48,161 bases of DNA from Neoconidiobolus thromboides FSU 785 (lineage: Eukaryota; Fungi; Entomophthoromycota): the NCBI GenBank assembly GCA_025603075.1, contig MU626406.1, positions 1 through 48,161 of the forward strand. Direction: 5' to 3'. Positions 35,868 through 48,116 of the stretch are shown here, in pieces. Under the pieces are notes generated by a model. The model was given only the letters and a program-made list of their open reading frames with translations, was not told where the DNA came from and searched no databases. How positions within the stretch are numbered: position 1 is the stretch's first letter; each line of letters opens with the position of its first letter. The translations under genes and the position numbers were made by a program.

Positions 35868-37259
35868 TTAATTAAATTTAATAGTAATCCTATTATCCTT
35901 ATTAATATTATTAAATTCTTTGCTCAATTGAGATAATTCCAAATCATCGTCCATAATATTTAAGTATAAGTACTTCAAATTTGTTAAAGATTGTATAAAG
36001 TAGTGAAATAAGGGTATGGTTGTTAAAGTTAGATCTCCATAAAGTGTATGAATTGAGTTTGAAAAATTTACATCAAATTCAACTAAACTTTTAACAAAAT
36101 TATCTATTTCCTCTTCATGGACATTATCAATTTGAGGTAAGATCCATTCCTTTAAGTGAGTTAAATGATTTAAAATGAAACATATATAATTAATTGAAAA
36201 CGAATACTCGTTTTTTGTTATAATAAATTGCTTCAAGTTACTCTCTTTATTGATAACCTTTGGTATGTTAAAATAAGATTCATTAATTGAACATTTATTT
36301 AATTGTAAATGAACTAACGTATTCATATCAAATACTAAATAATGAAATATCTTCTCAGTGATTGGTAAATAACTATCTAAGGTTAACGAAGTTAGATTAT
36401 TGAACTTATTAAATAATGAAACATCGTTTGTATTTAAATTGTTTAAACTTAATTGTGTCAAATTGGGATATTCACCATATATAGTTAGAAGCTCATTCTT
36501 TGCTTTGTAATAATTTAAATTAATATTCAACACCTTTAAATTAGGTTGGTCAATTAATAACTTTGCCTGTTCTTTTTGAAAGAGTTCGATTTCTAACTCA
36601 AATTTATTTAATTTTAAATTGAATTTAGTATTAAAGTAATATATGGCATCATTATCAATTTTGATAGCTTGTAGTGTTAATTCCTTTAATGATAAAAGGG
36701 AGGTATTAATATTATAAAATAATTCCACATTAACTTGATTTAATTGATATAAACTTAATTTGTTTAAGTTGCTGAAGTAGGGTAATAATGGATTAATACT
36801 AAATATATCATCATAATGCAATACCAACTGCTTCAAATGGAATTGCTTCAATATCAATAAATCTTGTCTATTAGATAAATCATCTAATAAAAAAACTTCA
36901 ACTTTATTTAAATGCTTTAGATGTGTCAAACTCCAGTTAAATTCCATATATTTTTTTGAGCTGCCATAAAAGAATACCTTGGTTATATTAAAACAATACT
37001 TATAAACTAAATCTAAGTGTCGATAACCTAGTCCTTCACTTATAGTTATATTATTAACCAAAGCCCCATATTTTTGAATCAATATGTTAAATTGTGTCAA
37101 ATCCATCTTTAATAATTTATAATCAGGATCATTAAATATGTACTTTGATATTAATTTATTTTGGTGTTTATTTAATAAACGATAATCTAATAACTCTTTT
37201 TCATTTTCTACATAAGTCAATATTTGATAGATAATTTCGTTTGGTAAATTACACTTCAT
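35868..37259 (-). CDS. F-box / leucine-rich (RNI-like) repeat protein, intronless, 463 aa
   Basis: N-terminal F-box LPNEIIYQILTYV..LLDYRLLNK followed by LxxLxL repeats (LTHLKHLNKV, FSNLNKLSL, YPNLTQLSL, FNNLTSLTL). Confidence 0.88.
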   Translation of the reverse strand: MKCNLPNEIIYQILTYVENEKELLDYRLLNKHQNKLISKYIFNDPDYKLLKMDLTQFNILIQKYGALVNNITISEGLGYRHLDLVYKYCFNITKVFFYGSSKKYMEFNWSLTHLKHLNKVEVFLLDDLSNRQDLLILKQFHLKQLVLHYDDIFSINPLLPYFSNLNKLSLYQLNQVNVELFYNINTSLLSLKELTLQAIKIDNDAIYYFNTKFNLKLNKFELEIELFQKEQAKLLIDQPNLKVLNINLNYYKAKNELLTIYGEYPNLTQLSLNNLNTNDVSLFNKFNNLTSLTLDSYLPITEKIFHYLVFDMNTLVHLQLNKCSINESYFNIPKVINKESNLKQFIITKNEYSFSINYICFILNHLTHLKEWILPQIDNVHEEEIDNFVKSLVEFDVNFSNSIHTLYGDLTLTTIPLFHYFIQSLTNLKYLYLNIMDDDLELSQLSKEFNNINKDNRITIKFN

Positions 37260-37464
37260 TGCCGTTTTTTAAAAATAATTAATCTAAATTAACAATTAAG
37301 TTTATATATAATATTTAATTACACACCTTCCTTTTACTATTTTTATTATTCTGATTTTCATCATTAGTTTATTTTCAGTTTAATTTAGTTTATGTCGATC
37401 GAAAAATTAAATTAAAATTAATTTCATAATAATATTAAATTTATTAATTATAAGAAGTATAATG

Positions 37465-38139
37465 TTAGTATAAATTATCAATATAAGGCTGAAGCTTATC
37501 GTCTAATCCTGTTTTGTATTGTTGTCTATTAAAATAAAGTTCTTCTCCTTTAATGCCATCATTAAATTGTTCAATAACAGGTTTATTAGGTAGATTAGCT
37601 ACTACAATTTCAGGACCAACAATAAATCCAGATTTATTCTGACTATTGATATAAATATCAGCACAATTCATATAAAATTCTCGAATTCCTGTCCTATTAA
37701 TCCATGTCCAAGCTAAGGTAGCTCTACCATTTGGTAAAGTATTTGGTAAAAAGATATCATAACTACGTCGTCCTTTAGTTAAACAATCTCCAATAATAGA
37801 ATGAATAACAATAAAATGTTTTTGGTCATAAGATATACTCCATTCACAATGACCGCCATTATGTGGTACATCACCAGCAATTAAACTAGTAAAATTATTA
37901 CCCGCTTTTAATTCGGATTTTATTTTTCCCATTGGTATACCACGGCATGGGAATGGGAAATCTAATCGATCTTTATTCCCTAATGGAAATTGATTCATAT
38001 AATCAATTTCAAACCATTGTAATTCTTTATCATATTTTGATTTCCTACATAATGGACTAGCTAATTCCATATGACATATAACATATCTGGTTAAATAAAA
38101 TGAAAATAATATAATAGTAATTAAATGATTATTATACAT
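37465..38139 (-). CDS. Secreted AA11-type lytic polysaccharide monooxygenase (chitin-active family), intronless
   Basis: ATG at 38139 gives a 22-aa signal peptide ending just before His1 (HMELASP); FPC, HNGGHC and LAWTWINRTGIREFYMNCADI supply the second His and axial Tyr. Confidence 0.85.
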   Translation of the reverse strand: MYNNHLITIILFSFYLTRYVICHMELASPLCRKSKYDKELQWFEIDYMNQFPLGNKDRLDFPFPCRGIPMGKIKSELKAGNNFTSLIAGDVPHNGGHCEWSISYDQKHFIVIHSIIGDCLTKGRRSYDIFLPNTLPNGRATLAWTWINRTGIREFYMNCADIYINSQNKSGFIVGPEIVVANLPNKPVIEQFNDGIKGEELYFNRQQYKTGLDDKLQPYIDNLY

Positions 38140-38383
38140 AATGTAATTATTAATTAAAGGTAAGCTTAAAGGTTGTTTTATTATATTAAACTTTATTCTT
38201 TTATATTTTTTATTATCTTGTACTTTTGAAACTCCCACCTTCTGTTTTATAATTTATTATTAAGTTTTGAATTTCTATTGTTTATTTTGGGCAAATATTT
38301 TATCCTTATTTTGTCATTAATTTAAATTGATTAGATTTAAATTAATAAGATCGAAAATTTATTGCCATTTCTAATACGAAAAG

Positions 38384-39126
38384 ATGCTTAAAAGATGGAT
38401 AAACTATATGAAAATAAAAGGATGGAATCCATTTAATAAAAGACAATTGATAGGCAGAGATTTAGAAGGAAATAACTATTATGAAGAAGAAAGAGGTATT
38501 TGTTTTCAAATTATAATTGGTTGAATTTATAAATCTGATTTAAGATGGTTTTCCTCGGCGTACTGTGGAGTTAGCTCAAAAACAACTTCATCTTGGTCAA
38601 ATAAGTTCAGCAGATTTAGCAGGTAAGCCTAGTTCATATAATAAATACCGTATATAAAATTTTATTAGTTCAATGGCGCTCTTGGTTAAGACATACTCGT
38701 AGAGATCCACCAAGCATTGAAGTATAAACAGTATTAGCTAACAATAATATAATATAATATAATATTTAGGAATTAGAAGCTTATGAGATACAAAAGAATA
38801 GAACTATTGAAAGAGCTAAGGTTTTAGAATTAGAATGGCAAAAAGTAATAATAGATTTTATTATTTTTAACTAATATTAATATTTTATAGAAAAAACTAT
38901 TAATAAGTAATAAAGTTGAGCAAGCTAACAAACCAAAAATCAAAGGTAATATTTAAATTATGGGGCTCTTATTCTTATTTGTTTATTTATAGATAATGAA
39001 TCTAAAGTTGTGAATCCGAATAAATCAAATGGTAGCATTATTATTGTTGTATAATCATTATATAATTAATTTGATTTAGATGGTTTCCAACCTGATTCAT
39101 GGTCTCCAGTATCTCAACGTAATTAA
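38384..39126 (+). CDS. NDUFA12/NDUFAF2-family complex I assembly factor; multi-exon
   Basis: LIGRDLEGNNYYE, QWRSWLRHTRRDPPSIEEL and C-terminal FQPDSWSP; all exons are below the ORF-track threshold. Confidence 0.85.
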
Positions 39127-39275
39127 AAGATAAACTATGTTGTAAAATAATAAATACATATTATAAAAATGTAAAAGTAATAGATGAATTTTTTATATTT
39201 TATTGAATAAAACTTTCTATTAAAAAACAAAAAAACAATAATGACTATTATTATTATTTAATATGTTATATATAC

Positions 39276-42200
39276 CTAATATCTTCTTTTACCACCACGC
39301 CCATAAGGTGGTCTTTGTGGTCTTTGATTCTGATATTGTTGTCCTTGTTGATATTGTTGTCCTTGTTGGTATTGTTGGCCTTGATATTGTTGACCCTGCT
39401 GGTAGTGCTGACCCTGTTGATAATGTTGTCCTTGTTGGCCTTGAGCATAGTATTGGGTTTGAGGACGACCATAACGTTGGGCAGCATAGCCTGGATTTTG
39501 ATAACTACTTTGGGTGCTTGTTCCATAATCATTTGTTGGTTGGTTATAGCGTTGTTTCCTTATGAATTCTTCATAAGATGGCCTTTGTGCTGGATTGTAG
39601 TTATAGTTAAAATTATTTACATAACTTGCTTCTCGAGCTGCATTAGCAGCCTCATCGCTAGCGGCACTTTGGCTGTGTCCAGCATAACTTGGATATTTAT
39701 TGAATCTATTATCTTGGTGTGATGCTTGATTATTTCCATAGTTGTTGAATGAAGGAGGTGTATTATAGGACCCTGAGGCTCCTCTTGGACGATATGGTTT
39801 ATTGTCATTTCTTTGATAATCACGGGAATCTTTGGTTGAGGGATACTGACTATAGTTGGAATAGTCCTGTTTAAAATTCCTATAACCGCCGCTAACAAAC
39901 TTATAAATAAATAGTAAAATTAATTAGCAATATTATTACTCATCCTTAGAATATTCATGTCTCTGGTAATCATTTCTATTTGATCTTCCGCCATTTAAAA
40001 CGAAAGCTATTTCATTATAAGGCAATACTTTTTTAGGCAAATCAACGTTTGGTACTAAATTGCAAGGAAATACAAAACCTTCTGGAAATTCTGGCAAGGT
40101 AAATTTAAAACTACAAAAAATATTATTTTTTTATCAAGGTATTTTAAAAAACGTACCTTAAACTTTTATCACCATGAATATCAGGCTGTCCATATTTTGA
40201 GAGTGGGGATGTATAAACTGAATTAGGATTACAGTCTGGATCAATAGCCACATTTCCTGGTACTCCTTGGCTAAGTGAAGTTGGGATTTCACATTCTGAA
40301 GTATCCTTAGTATTATATATAGAATAAAGTGGTCCATAGAGTGGGTTAATATTAGACATATAAATAAGCTCGCTTCCAGTTGAATTCCTACGAATCTCGT
40401 CGGGAGAGAGTTTAGGATAAACTTTATTGATTTCTTCTAACAAACGTTCTTCATCGATAAATGGAAGAAGGGCAACAGCTGAAATTAAAAATATTTAACA
40501 ATACTGCTTAAAATAATAATGCCTTTACCTTTCCACAATTGAGTTTCTCCATTTAAATCTAAATAAAAATCTTTCGGATAAAAGTCGATGATTGGGGAAT
40601 CTTCATCTTCCATAAGAGGGTGGAATTTTTCTGGTAGGTGTTGTTTAGAATCTGCTGGAAGAACACCCATTAATTGCTCGTATGGTTTCAATGGAGTTCC
40701 TAATTCAAAATGAAATTCTGCTTCTTTTGCTGCTTCTGCTATATCTAAAGCAAATGGTGGGTAGTGATAAGGATAAAACCATTTCCAAGAAGGACATCCT
40801 TGAAAATAATATTTTAACACCCAGCACAAACCTTCAAGATAAGCTAATCCAACTTCATATTGAAATTCTGGATCTTTGCCTTTGCTACCAAATTTTTCTT
40901 CATAATACCTCTCTCTATATCCTACTTCGCCTAATCTGATATTGTCGTTTCTTCCTTTTATATAAGCAGATGACATGATAATTTCCGAGGCATCTCTAGG
41001 TTTACTTGGCGCCTCGCTAGGTTCTAGTTTGATTTGCTTCTTTGGAAGAGCAGGTGGGGGAGTAGATTCTTTAGTTTCAGCATCTTCATCTTCATTATCA
41101 CCATTAGCTTCAGCTTCATTATCGTCATCTTCTTCTCCTTCTACATCTTCTTCATTCATATTTGAATCTTTAGCATCACTGTCTGGCGAATCTCTAGCAT
41201 GTTTTTCTCCAGCCTTAACTCCAGTATCACCTGTTGTCTGCAGTTTTATAGATAGCATAGCTAATTTGTTAGTATTATTCTATAAGAAATATAACTTAAT
41301 ATTATCAAATATAAAAGAAGTGTAACTACCTGTTGTTTAGGGGGTTCTGCTTTTGTGTGAATTCTCCTAGAATGCTTCTTTTTAGCATTAGCTAATAAAG
41401 TATCTTCTAATTCAGCAATTTGACTAATGATAATCCCTGCTTTCTTTAAATCAACATCACCATTTTTAGTAATAAAGCCTCCCATCGTATTTAAGGAAGA
41501 CTTCCACATACCAACTAATTTTTCAACAGCATTCTCTCTAATGTTTAAGCATGTCAAATGTGGTAAGAAATCATTTCCAACAAAAAAGATCAAAAAGATC
41601 CAATCATCGATAGCATTTTCAAAGTCATAATCAAAAATGAGGTTTGAAATAGCTAACTCAGCAGCTAAATATTCTCTCAATAAATCCACATGTAGAAATA
41701 CAAATGGTTTCATTGGGACTCCTTTTTTATCTTTATGTACAACTGTAGGTTGATCTAAAATTTACTTTGTTCATTAATCTTCATATCATTTATATTTAAA
41801 CTTACTTCGACAATTTTTAGCATTGTGACCAGGTTTATTGCACTTAGTACAAACTTTGTTAGATCCTGAACGGAAATTGACATCTTCACGTAAAACTTTG
41901 AATCTAGGCTCATGGGTTGCTAATGAGAGCATAATCAAATCAGCATCCTAGGACTATTAATATCATAAGTAGCTATATAAATATGCTTACCAATCCATAG
42001 ATGACATGGTACATGTTTGGGTCATACCCATCAGAATTACGTGCTTTACGAATATAATCCATAATTTTATGTTCGCCTTCACCTGGTACACTAGCATCAG
42101 ATAATATAATATTGACCTATTTTAACATTAGCGTTATATTATTAATACTATTATTAATATTACATTTTTCCATAATGGGTTATCGTTCAAACTTTTGGTA

Positions 42201-42877
42201 ATGTAATACTTTAAACTAATAGATAATTTATCCATAAATGGTGTTCCTATTATTTGTTATAAGATATATATAGGTAATAAAAGATGATTACCTGGAGTAA
42301 TGCAGTTTGAATCAAAATGCTCTTTTCCGTCATTTTCTTTAGTATTTCTTTCACTGACTAATAATGTTCAATTGTATATTTAAATAAACTTAATATGATT
42401 TTACCTGATAACTTTTCCAAATAGGCCTCCATCTCTTGCTTTTTTATACGGCTTTCCTGTCCAGCTCTGAAACGACGACTTCTTTGTTGATTCATTTTGG
42501 CTCTTGGAGCTACACCATCTTCAAAAAAATTATCAGCAAAAATAGTAAAAGTATTATTATAATATACCAATTGCTATATAAAGTAATCTTCTTGGTCTAA
42601 TCATATTCATGATTCTATCAATATATTTAAATATTTCTATCATCATTTCCTCTTCAGTTTCAGGAGCCTCTTTATCTTCTGGGTGACAGCAAGGGTGAAC
42701 AATACCATTTAAATCTAGATATAAATTATCAAATTCTACCCCGTTTGGATTTGGCAAACTGACATCAACTGGGAAAACTTCACCATCATCGGTTATCTTT
42801 TGCTGATCTTCTACAACCTGCGATACAATTCTTGGATACTTCATGCTTATCCATCGAAAAAAACCTGGTACACCCAT
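39276..42877 (-). CDS. XRN2: 5'-3' exoribonuclease 2; multi-exon
   Basis: [45 protein letters not shown] knuckle [47 protein letters not shown]. Confidence 0.97.
39300..39470 (-). repeat. Coding Q/G/Y hexapeptide repeat (QGQ[H/Q]YQ)x~6 in the XRN2 tail
   Basis: Translation ..[43 protein letters not shown].. Confidence 0.85.
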
Positions 42878-43838
42878 TTTTTAATAATGTAAAGTTTTTT
42901 TAATTTTGCAACAAAAATGAACTTTAATATTATAGAAAACTTTATATTAAGTCAAAGTTTTTTTATTGATTAAGGATTAATTTTGTTGCTTATTCTTGAT
43001 TTGTACTTATACCCAATTAAAGTTACTTTATATTTTATTAATCAAATTTTTACATATTAGACTTTTACACTATAGTTTTAATACACTTATTCCATTAGGA
43101 TGGGGTAAAACAGATGAAGAAAGTATTGATGACAGCAAAGTTCGAGATTCAGATAGTAAGGAGATGGTCATTAAACATTAAACTTTGTATTCACTTGATT
43201 ATTTATTGGGTTTTTGCATACATCCCGTCGCGAAAATTCAACCATAGAAAAAGTAGTAGTTTTGGCTAAAACAGTAACTTCAATTCTTAAGCTTTTTAAT
43301 AAAGAGTTAATTTTCATCTAAAACCGACTTTTTATAGCATAAAATTAAGCTCTATTGATAGTTTTTTCTGATTAGGATTTATTTTTTTCTGAAAAACAAC
43401 AGTAGTATTGTAAAAAGCACTTTTGCTGTTGCAACCTGTTATCCTCATGAAGGTTTTGCAAAATCCTTCATTTTTTGCAACATGATATATCCAAAAACCT
43501 AATAATTCGATTTTTAAGCTATATTTAAAAATGTTTTTTTCTGGTCTTGATTTTTGTTAAATTTAAGTTCATGTTACAAAATGAATGGATTTTGATTTGC
43601 TTTGATATTGTATACATGAAATTAGATATAAGATATATAAATTCATAGTGTTGATTTGTTTTTAATATATTTGTGTGAATTCAACAAGTTTTCAGTTGTG
43701 AAAGTCAATAGAGTTCACTCTTCTATACTAAAAAGCATAGTTCATGAACTTTACAAAAATCAAAGCTATCTTACATAACTACTATTCTTATTTTTATTAA
43801 ATTTATATTATAAATTAATATATATGATACTAACAGAT

Positions 43839-43920
43839 GTCAATTTGGCCGAGCGGTCTAAGGCGTTGCACTTAAGATGCAATCTCGAGAGAGGCGTGGG
43901 TTCGAACCCCACAGTTGACA
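43839..43920 (+). tRNA. tRNA-Leu(UAA), intronless, long variable arm
   Basis: Acceptor stem GTCAATT/AGTTGAC, D-loop TGGCCGAGCGGTCTAAGG, anticodon arm TTGCA-CTTAAGA-TGCAA, GGTTCGAACCC T-loop, and a T-run terminator just downstream. Confidence 0.97.
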
Positions 43921-44020
43921 ATGTACTTTTTCTTTCTATAAAAAAGTCAATAGTTGGCTATAAACAAAGAAACTAAATCTTTTTTTTTTCCATTTTTCAC
44001 TATTATATGTTTATTTAGAA

Positions 44021-44910
44021 ATGTCATCAAAGTTAAAACAGCCGTTTTTTAGTTATTTATTTAGTCAATTTGAAGAGATAAGAAGAGGAAATAACATGAA
44101 ATTCCGAACTTTGGAACGAGTTATACAACCAAAAATAGCTCACAAAAGAAGTAGAAAAGAAGTGGAAGCAAATATATTTAGTTCAAAAAGAATCAAGTTC
44201 AAATCAAGTTTGAATAAGGTAAAAATGATAACAATCAATTAATATGATCTTAAATGTTTTTAGAAAACAAAAATTTTTGAAGAGCAGAAAAAATATCTAA
44301 TCAAATATGATATCACAAATGAAACAACAATAAAGCAACAGCTACTAAATGAAATACCCATTAGTTATACAGCACTGCATTTAAACAGTAACAAAGTGAA
44401 TTGGAGAAAATTTTTACCATTTATGCTTTTATTAATACAAGCAGTAATATAATCTTTATTAAACACTATTTCTTTTAATATTTTAAGCTTTTAGAAATTG
44501 ATATAAATGAGCCAAACCTATTAATATACGTTCCTACTTTAATGGTAAAAATAATTAATTTTAAGTCTAAAAATAATAGAGATAAATTACCCTTAAGAAT
44601 TGAAGAGCTTATGATCGAATGGAATGTACATCTGATAAAGGTAGGTGAAGATTTCTAGTTTTAAATATTCAAATTGAGCTATTATTAGAATAGAATCATT
44701 ATTTCTTTTTTATGGGAACATTTAATAATATCAACTCAAGACAATATAGGAGTGTCATCTTATATTACAAAACTAGAAGATGATGCAAATAATGGTCTAA
44801 AGTAAGCTTTATTACCCTTGATTTATTTTTTAATAATTTTTTACAGCGCTGATTATAAACTAGCTATAGAAAAAACTAAATTCATACCAGTACCGGATTT
44901 TGATCCTTAA
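44021..44910 (+). CDS. Hypothetical multi-exon protein
   Basis: 73-aa first ORF with a GTAAAA donor at 44219, further open exons (KTKIFEEQ.., LLEIDINEPNLL.., ADYKLAIEKTKFIPVPDFDP*); I could not fully resolve splice phases. Confidence 0.5.
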
Positions 44911-45277
44911 CAAAAGCATGAGTTAGTAAATTGCAGCTTGAGCTACTATGTTATCTAGTTGTATACAGCTAACATATATTAATCTCAATCTATAGTATAT
45001 AAAGTATTCGAATTAATATTTTGGAAAATAAATACTAGCAATGCATCTTTTTTAAATTTCTAAATAGACAATAAGTATTTCATTGCTTTTTTACTGTATA
45101 GTCTTTAATAAATGCCTTAAATAAGTACTATAAACTATAGATACTTTACTAACAATTTAAAATAAAAGTTAATATCATTTAGTTAATATATTTCATAGTA
45201 TTAATTGTAAAATAATTTTATTGGATAAAATAAGTTCAAAATGAAATATTATTAAAGAATAAAATTTATTTCTTTCA

Positions 45278-46715
45278 ATGAATTTCCTAATTTTAAACAC
45301 TAGAAAATATTCCATAACATTTAAATATAACTTACAAAAAGCATCTAGTTATAATATAATCAAAGGAGGGAATCAACTTAATGCTAAAAGTTTGAATTTG
45401 ATAAGAAATAAAGTGAGTAAATCCAATCTTCCAAGTGAGACCTCAAGGCCAATAAAGGTTCCAGAAGATCCATATCATTTTTCAGAGTTAATTAAAGAGT
45501 TGATAAGTTCTCAAAGAACAGACGATGCGATAGTAGTATTACAAAAGAATTCTAGTAAATTTCATCAGCCTATTGTACCCTGGAATATACTGTTAAAAAA
45601 CGTATCGGATCAAGGTCGACTTAATTTAGCTATAACTTTATTTAATGAAGTAAGTTTTTTTAGATTATAATAGCTTTTGTTTTAACTGTTTTTAGCTCAA
45701 GCGTAAAGGTATAAAACCAAATAACCATACTTATTCTATTTTAATCGATGCCTGTGCTAAATCAAGTTCGCCTAATTCAAAACTTAAAGCACAGAAAATC
45801 ATTGATGAAATGAATTCAAAGTTCAGTAATAGTAACAGCGATGAGCAAGAAGGCTTTAATTTGAAAAAGTCAAATTCCAAGAAAGAGAGTTTTAACATAC
45901 AAACAATGAAAAAAGAAATCCAGTACATAGGAAAAAATAAAGGAATGTCAATAATAGAGGAGACCCCTATAATAAATGGGCCATCGTTATTCCATTATAA
46001 TAATATGTTAAAAGTTTATTCTCGTTCCAATGATTTGGTCAAAATGATTGAATTGTATGATAGTATGAGAGAGAACATCACTAGCAACAAAGGCATAAAT
46101 AATTATCAAAATAGTCCCAACTCAATCTCATGTGCACCAGATATTGTGTCGTATACCATTGTTGTAAATGCACTAGCAAGGATAAAATCAGATGATGCCT
46201 TTATTGAAACCATTAATATTTGGTTAGATTATAGAGAAGATGTTGAATTAAACATGGTCAAAAACAATGAAAATAGATCTTTTAAACAAAAAGAACATAA
46301 TAAAAATAAATTGGAAAGAAACTTGGAGTTTGATATAGGATTTTTACAAGCAATTTTATTAGCAAGTAGATATTGTAAAGATAGAGAATATTTATTTAAA
46401 GGGTTACAATTAATAGAGCAAGCGTTTGATATGAATTTAAATGTAGAATATCCAAAAACAATTAGCTTCCAAAAGTTACCAGATTTAACAGAAATTGAAA
46501 AGAATAATATCGTTCAGCCCAATCTGGCCATTATAGATTTAGCGATAACTACAGCCTCAATTTTAAAGTTACATAATGTTGTACCAAAAATATTCTTCTT
46601 TTTTATAGAAAATCATCCTAAGCAATTCAAACCTGATTTAAAATTATACGCTAATGTTTTATCTGCTCATTGCCATCAGGCAAGCGAACTTGTTAGAACA
46701 TTTAAAAACAAATAG
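45278..46715 (+). CDS. PPR protein, probably mitochondrial; at least one intron
   Basis: IVPWNILLKNVSDQGRLNLAITLFNE|LKRKGIKPNNHTYSILIDACAK, LFHYNNMLKVY, PDIVSYTIVVNALA. Confidence 0.85.
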
Positions 46716-48116
46716 AAATCTAGATTATTTATATAGAATTTTTAAAATAAATTAATGATATCATTTATATTTTATTATAAACTTATGATTTATTTATTAA
46801 ATTTATCCTACAAGTATTTATAAGGTAATATATTAAATAAAAGAGATTTTGGTTTCCTGTGTTTTATTCTTTAGATTTCATACTAACCTAAATTGTTGAA
46901 ACTTTGGATTGTAAATTTATATCAGTTTATAGTAATTTCACTTAACTTCTCTCTTTTATTGTGAAAGTTTTATTGAGGGATTAATACTTTATAAAAAATA
47001 TATAGTTTAACTATATTTTAAAGTAAATATTATAGACTTTAATTCTGCTTTTTATTCAGCTATTGATTGTTTTTCAAAAATATTTTAAAAATAAATTTAA
47101 GAACCTTTTTTTAAAGTCTTGATAGAGTCAAAGACCCCCCTCCCAGTGTTTTATTTTTGGGAGAAAACTGGGCTCAGATCAAATGACAAATAGCGAGAGA
47201 GATTGGGACAAGGAAAAGTGGAAAGGTATTCAACTCAAGTCAGCTAGCTTTCAAGTTTTGGGGATTGTACTTTATGTAAGTAAATTGCGATTTGTATTTA
47301 GTAACCAAGAGTGAAATATATGATAGAAAAGAAAGGAGAACCGACAAGATTTAAGAACTTTATGCTTATAAAATAACCAACTATTATGATTGATAGTTTT
47401 TTATAGTTAAAAGGTTACATTTAAATAGTGTATGACATATAACATTATAATGAACGGTGAAAAATACTACCACAGCTATTTTTTTCAAAATAATATAGTC
47501 AATATCAAATTTTATTTCATTTCTACTTTAACTTGAATTTTAAATTGTTAGCTTTATTACAAAATTTAAAATAAAAAACGAGAAACTTTAATATAGTTAA
47601 TATGAACCTGTTTCTTTGTACCTTGCATATTATAAGTCAATTTTTATTATATATACTAAATCTTTTATCTTAAATGTTCTAGACGTAAAAAGATTTGTTA
47701 TAAAACATTTTAAATTTCGAATATTTCCTTTAAGTTAAAAATTAATTAAAATCAAAATTAAAATTGTTTAAAGTATCAAATGGCATTCTCCTTATTTAGA
47801 AAATTATTGATGAAAAGGCAGATTAAATGTTCAAAACTATCAACACAACCGAAATAAATAAGGGATTAAATAAAAACCAAAAAATATTATAATAACAGAG
47901 AGCACATATTTATAATAGAACTACTAACAATAGCTAAAGCTATTAGATAAAAACATCGTACAATAAGTATTATTGATGGTAAGATGAAAATTTTCGAGAG
48001 AATATAACTTAAAGTTATACTATTTTTATGATTTTTTTCGTAAATAACAAAATGATTTCTTAAAATATTGTTTAATATAATCTAAAAACTGAACAAGTTT
48101 AAAATAATAGAATGAC

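Noticed and set aside
39263-39898. Several overlapping ORFs on both strands
   Set aside because: Produced by the repetitive XRN2 C-terminal exon
43229-43236. CGCGAAAA, an E2F/SBF-like site upstream of XRN2
   Set aside because: Single short occurrence with no supporting context
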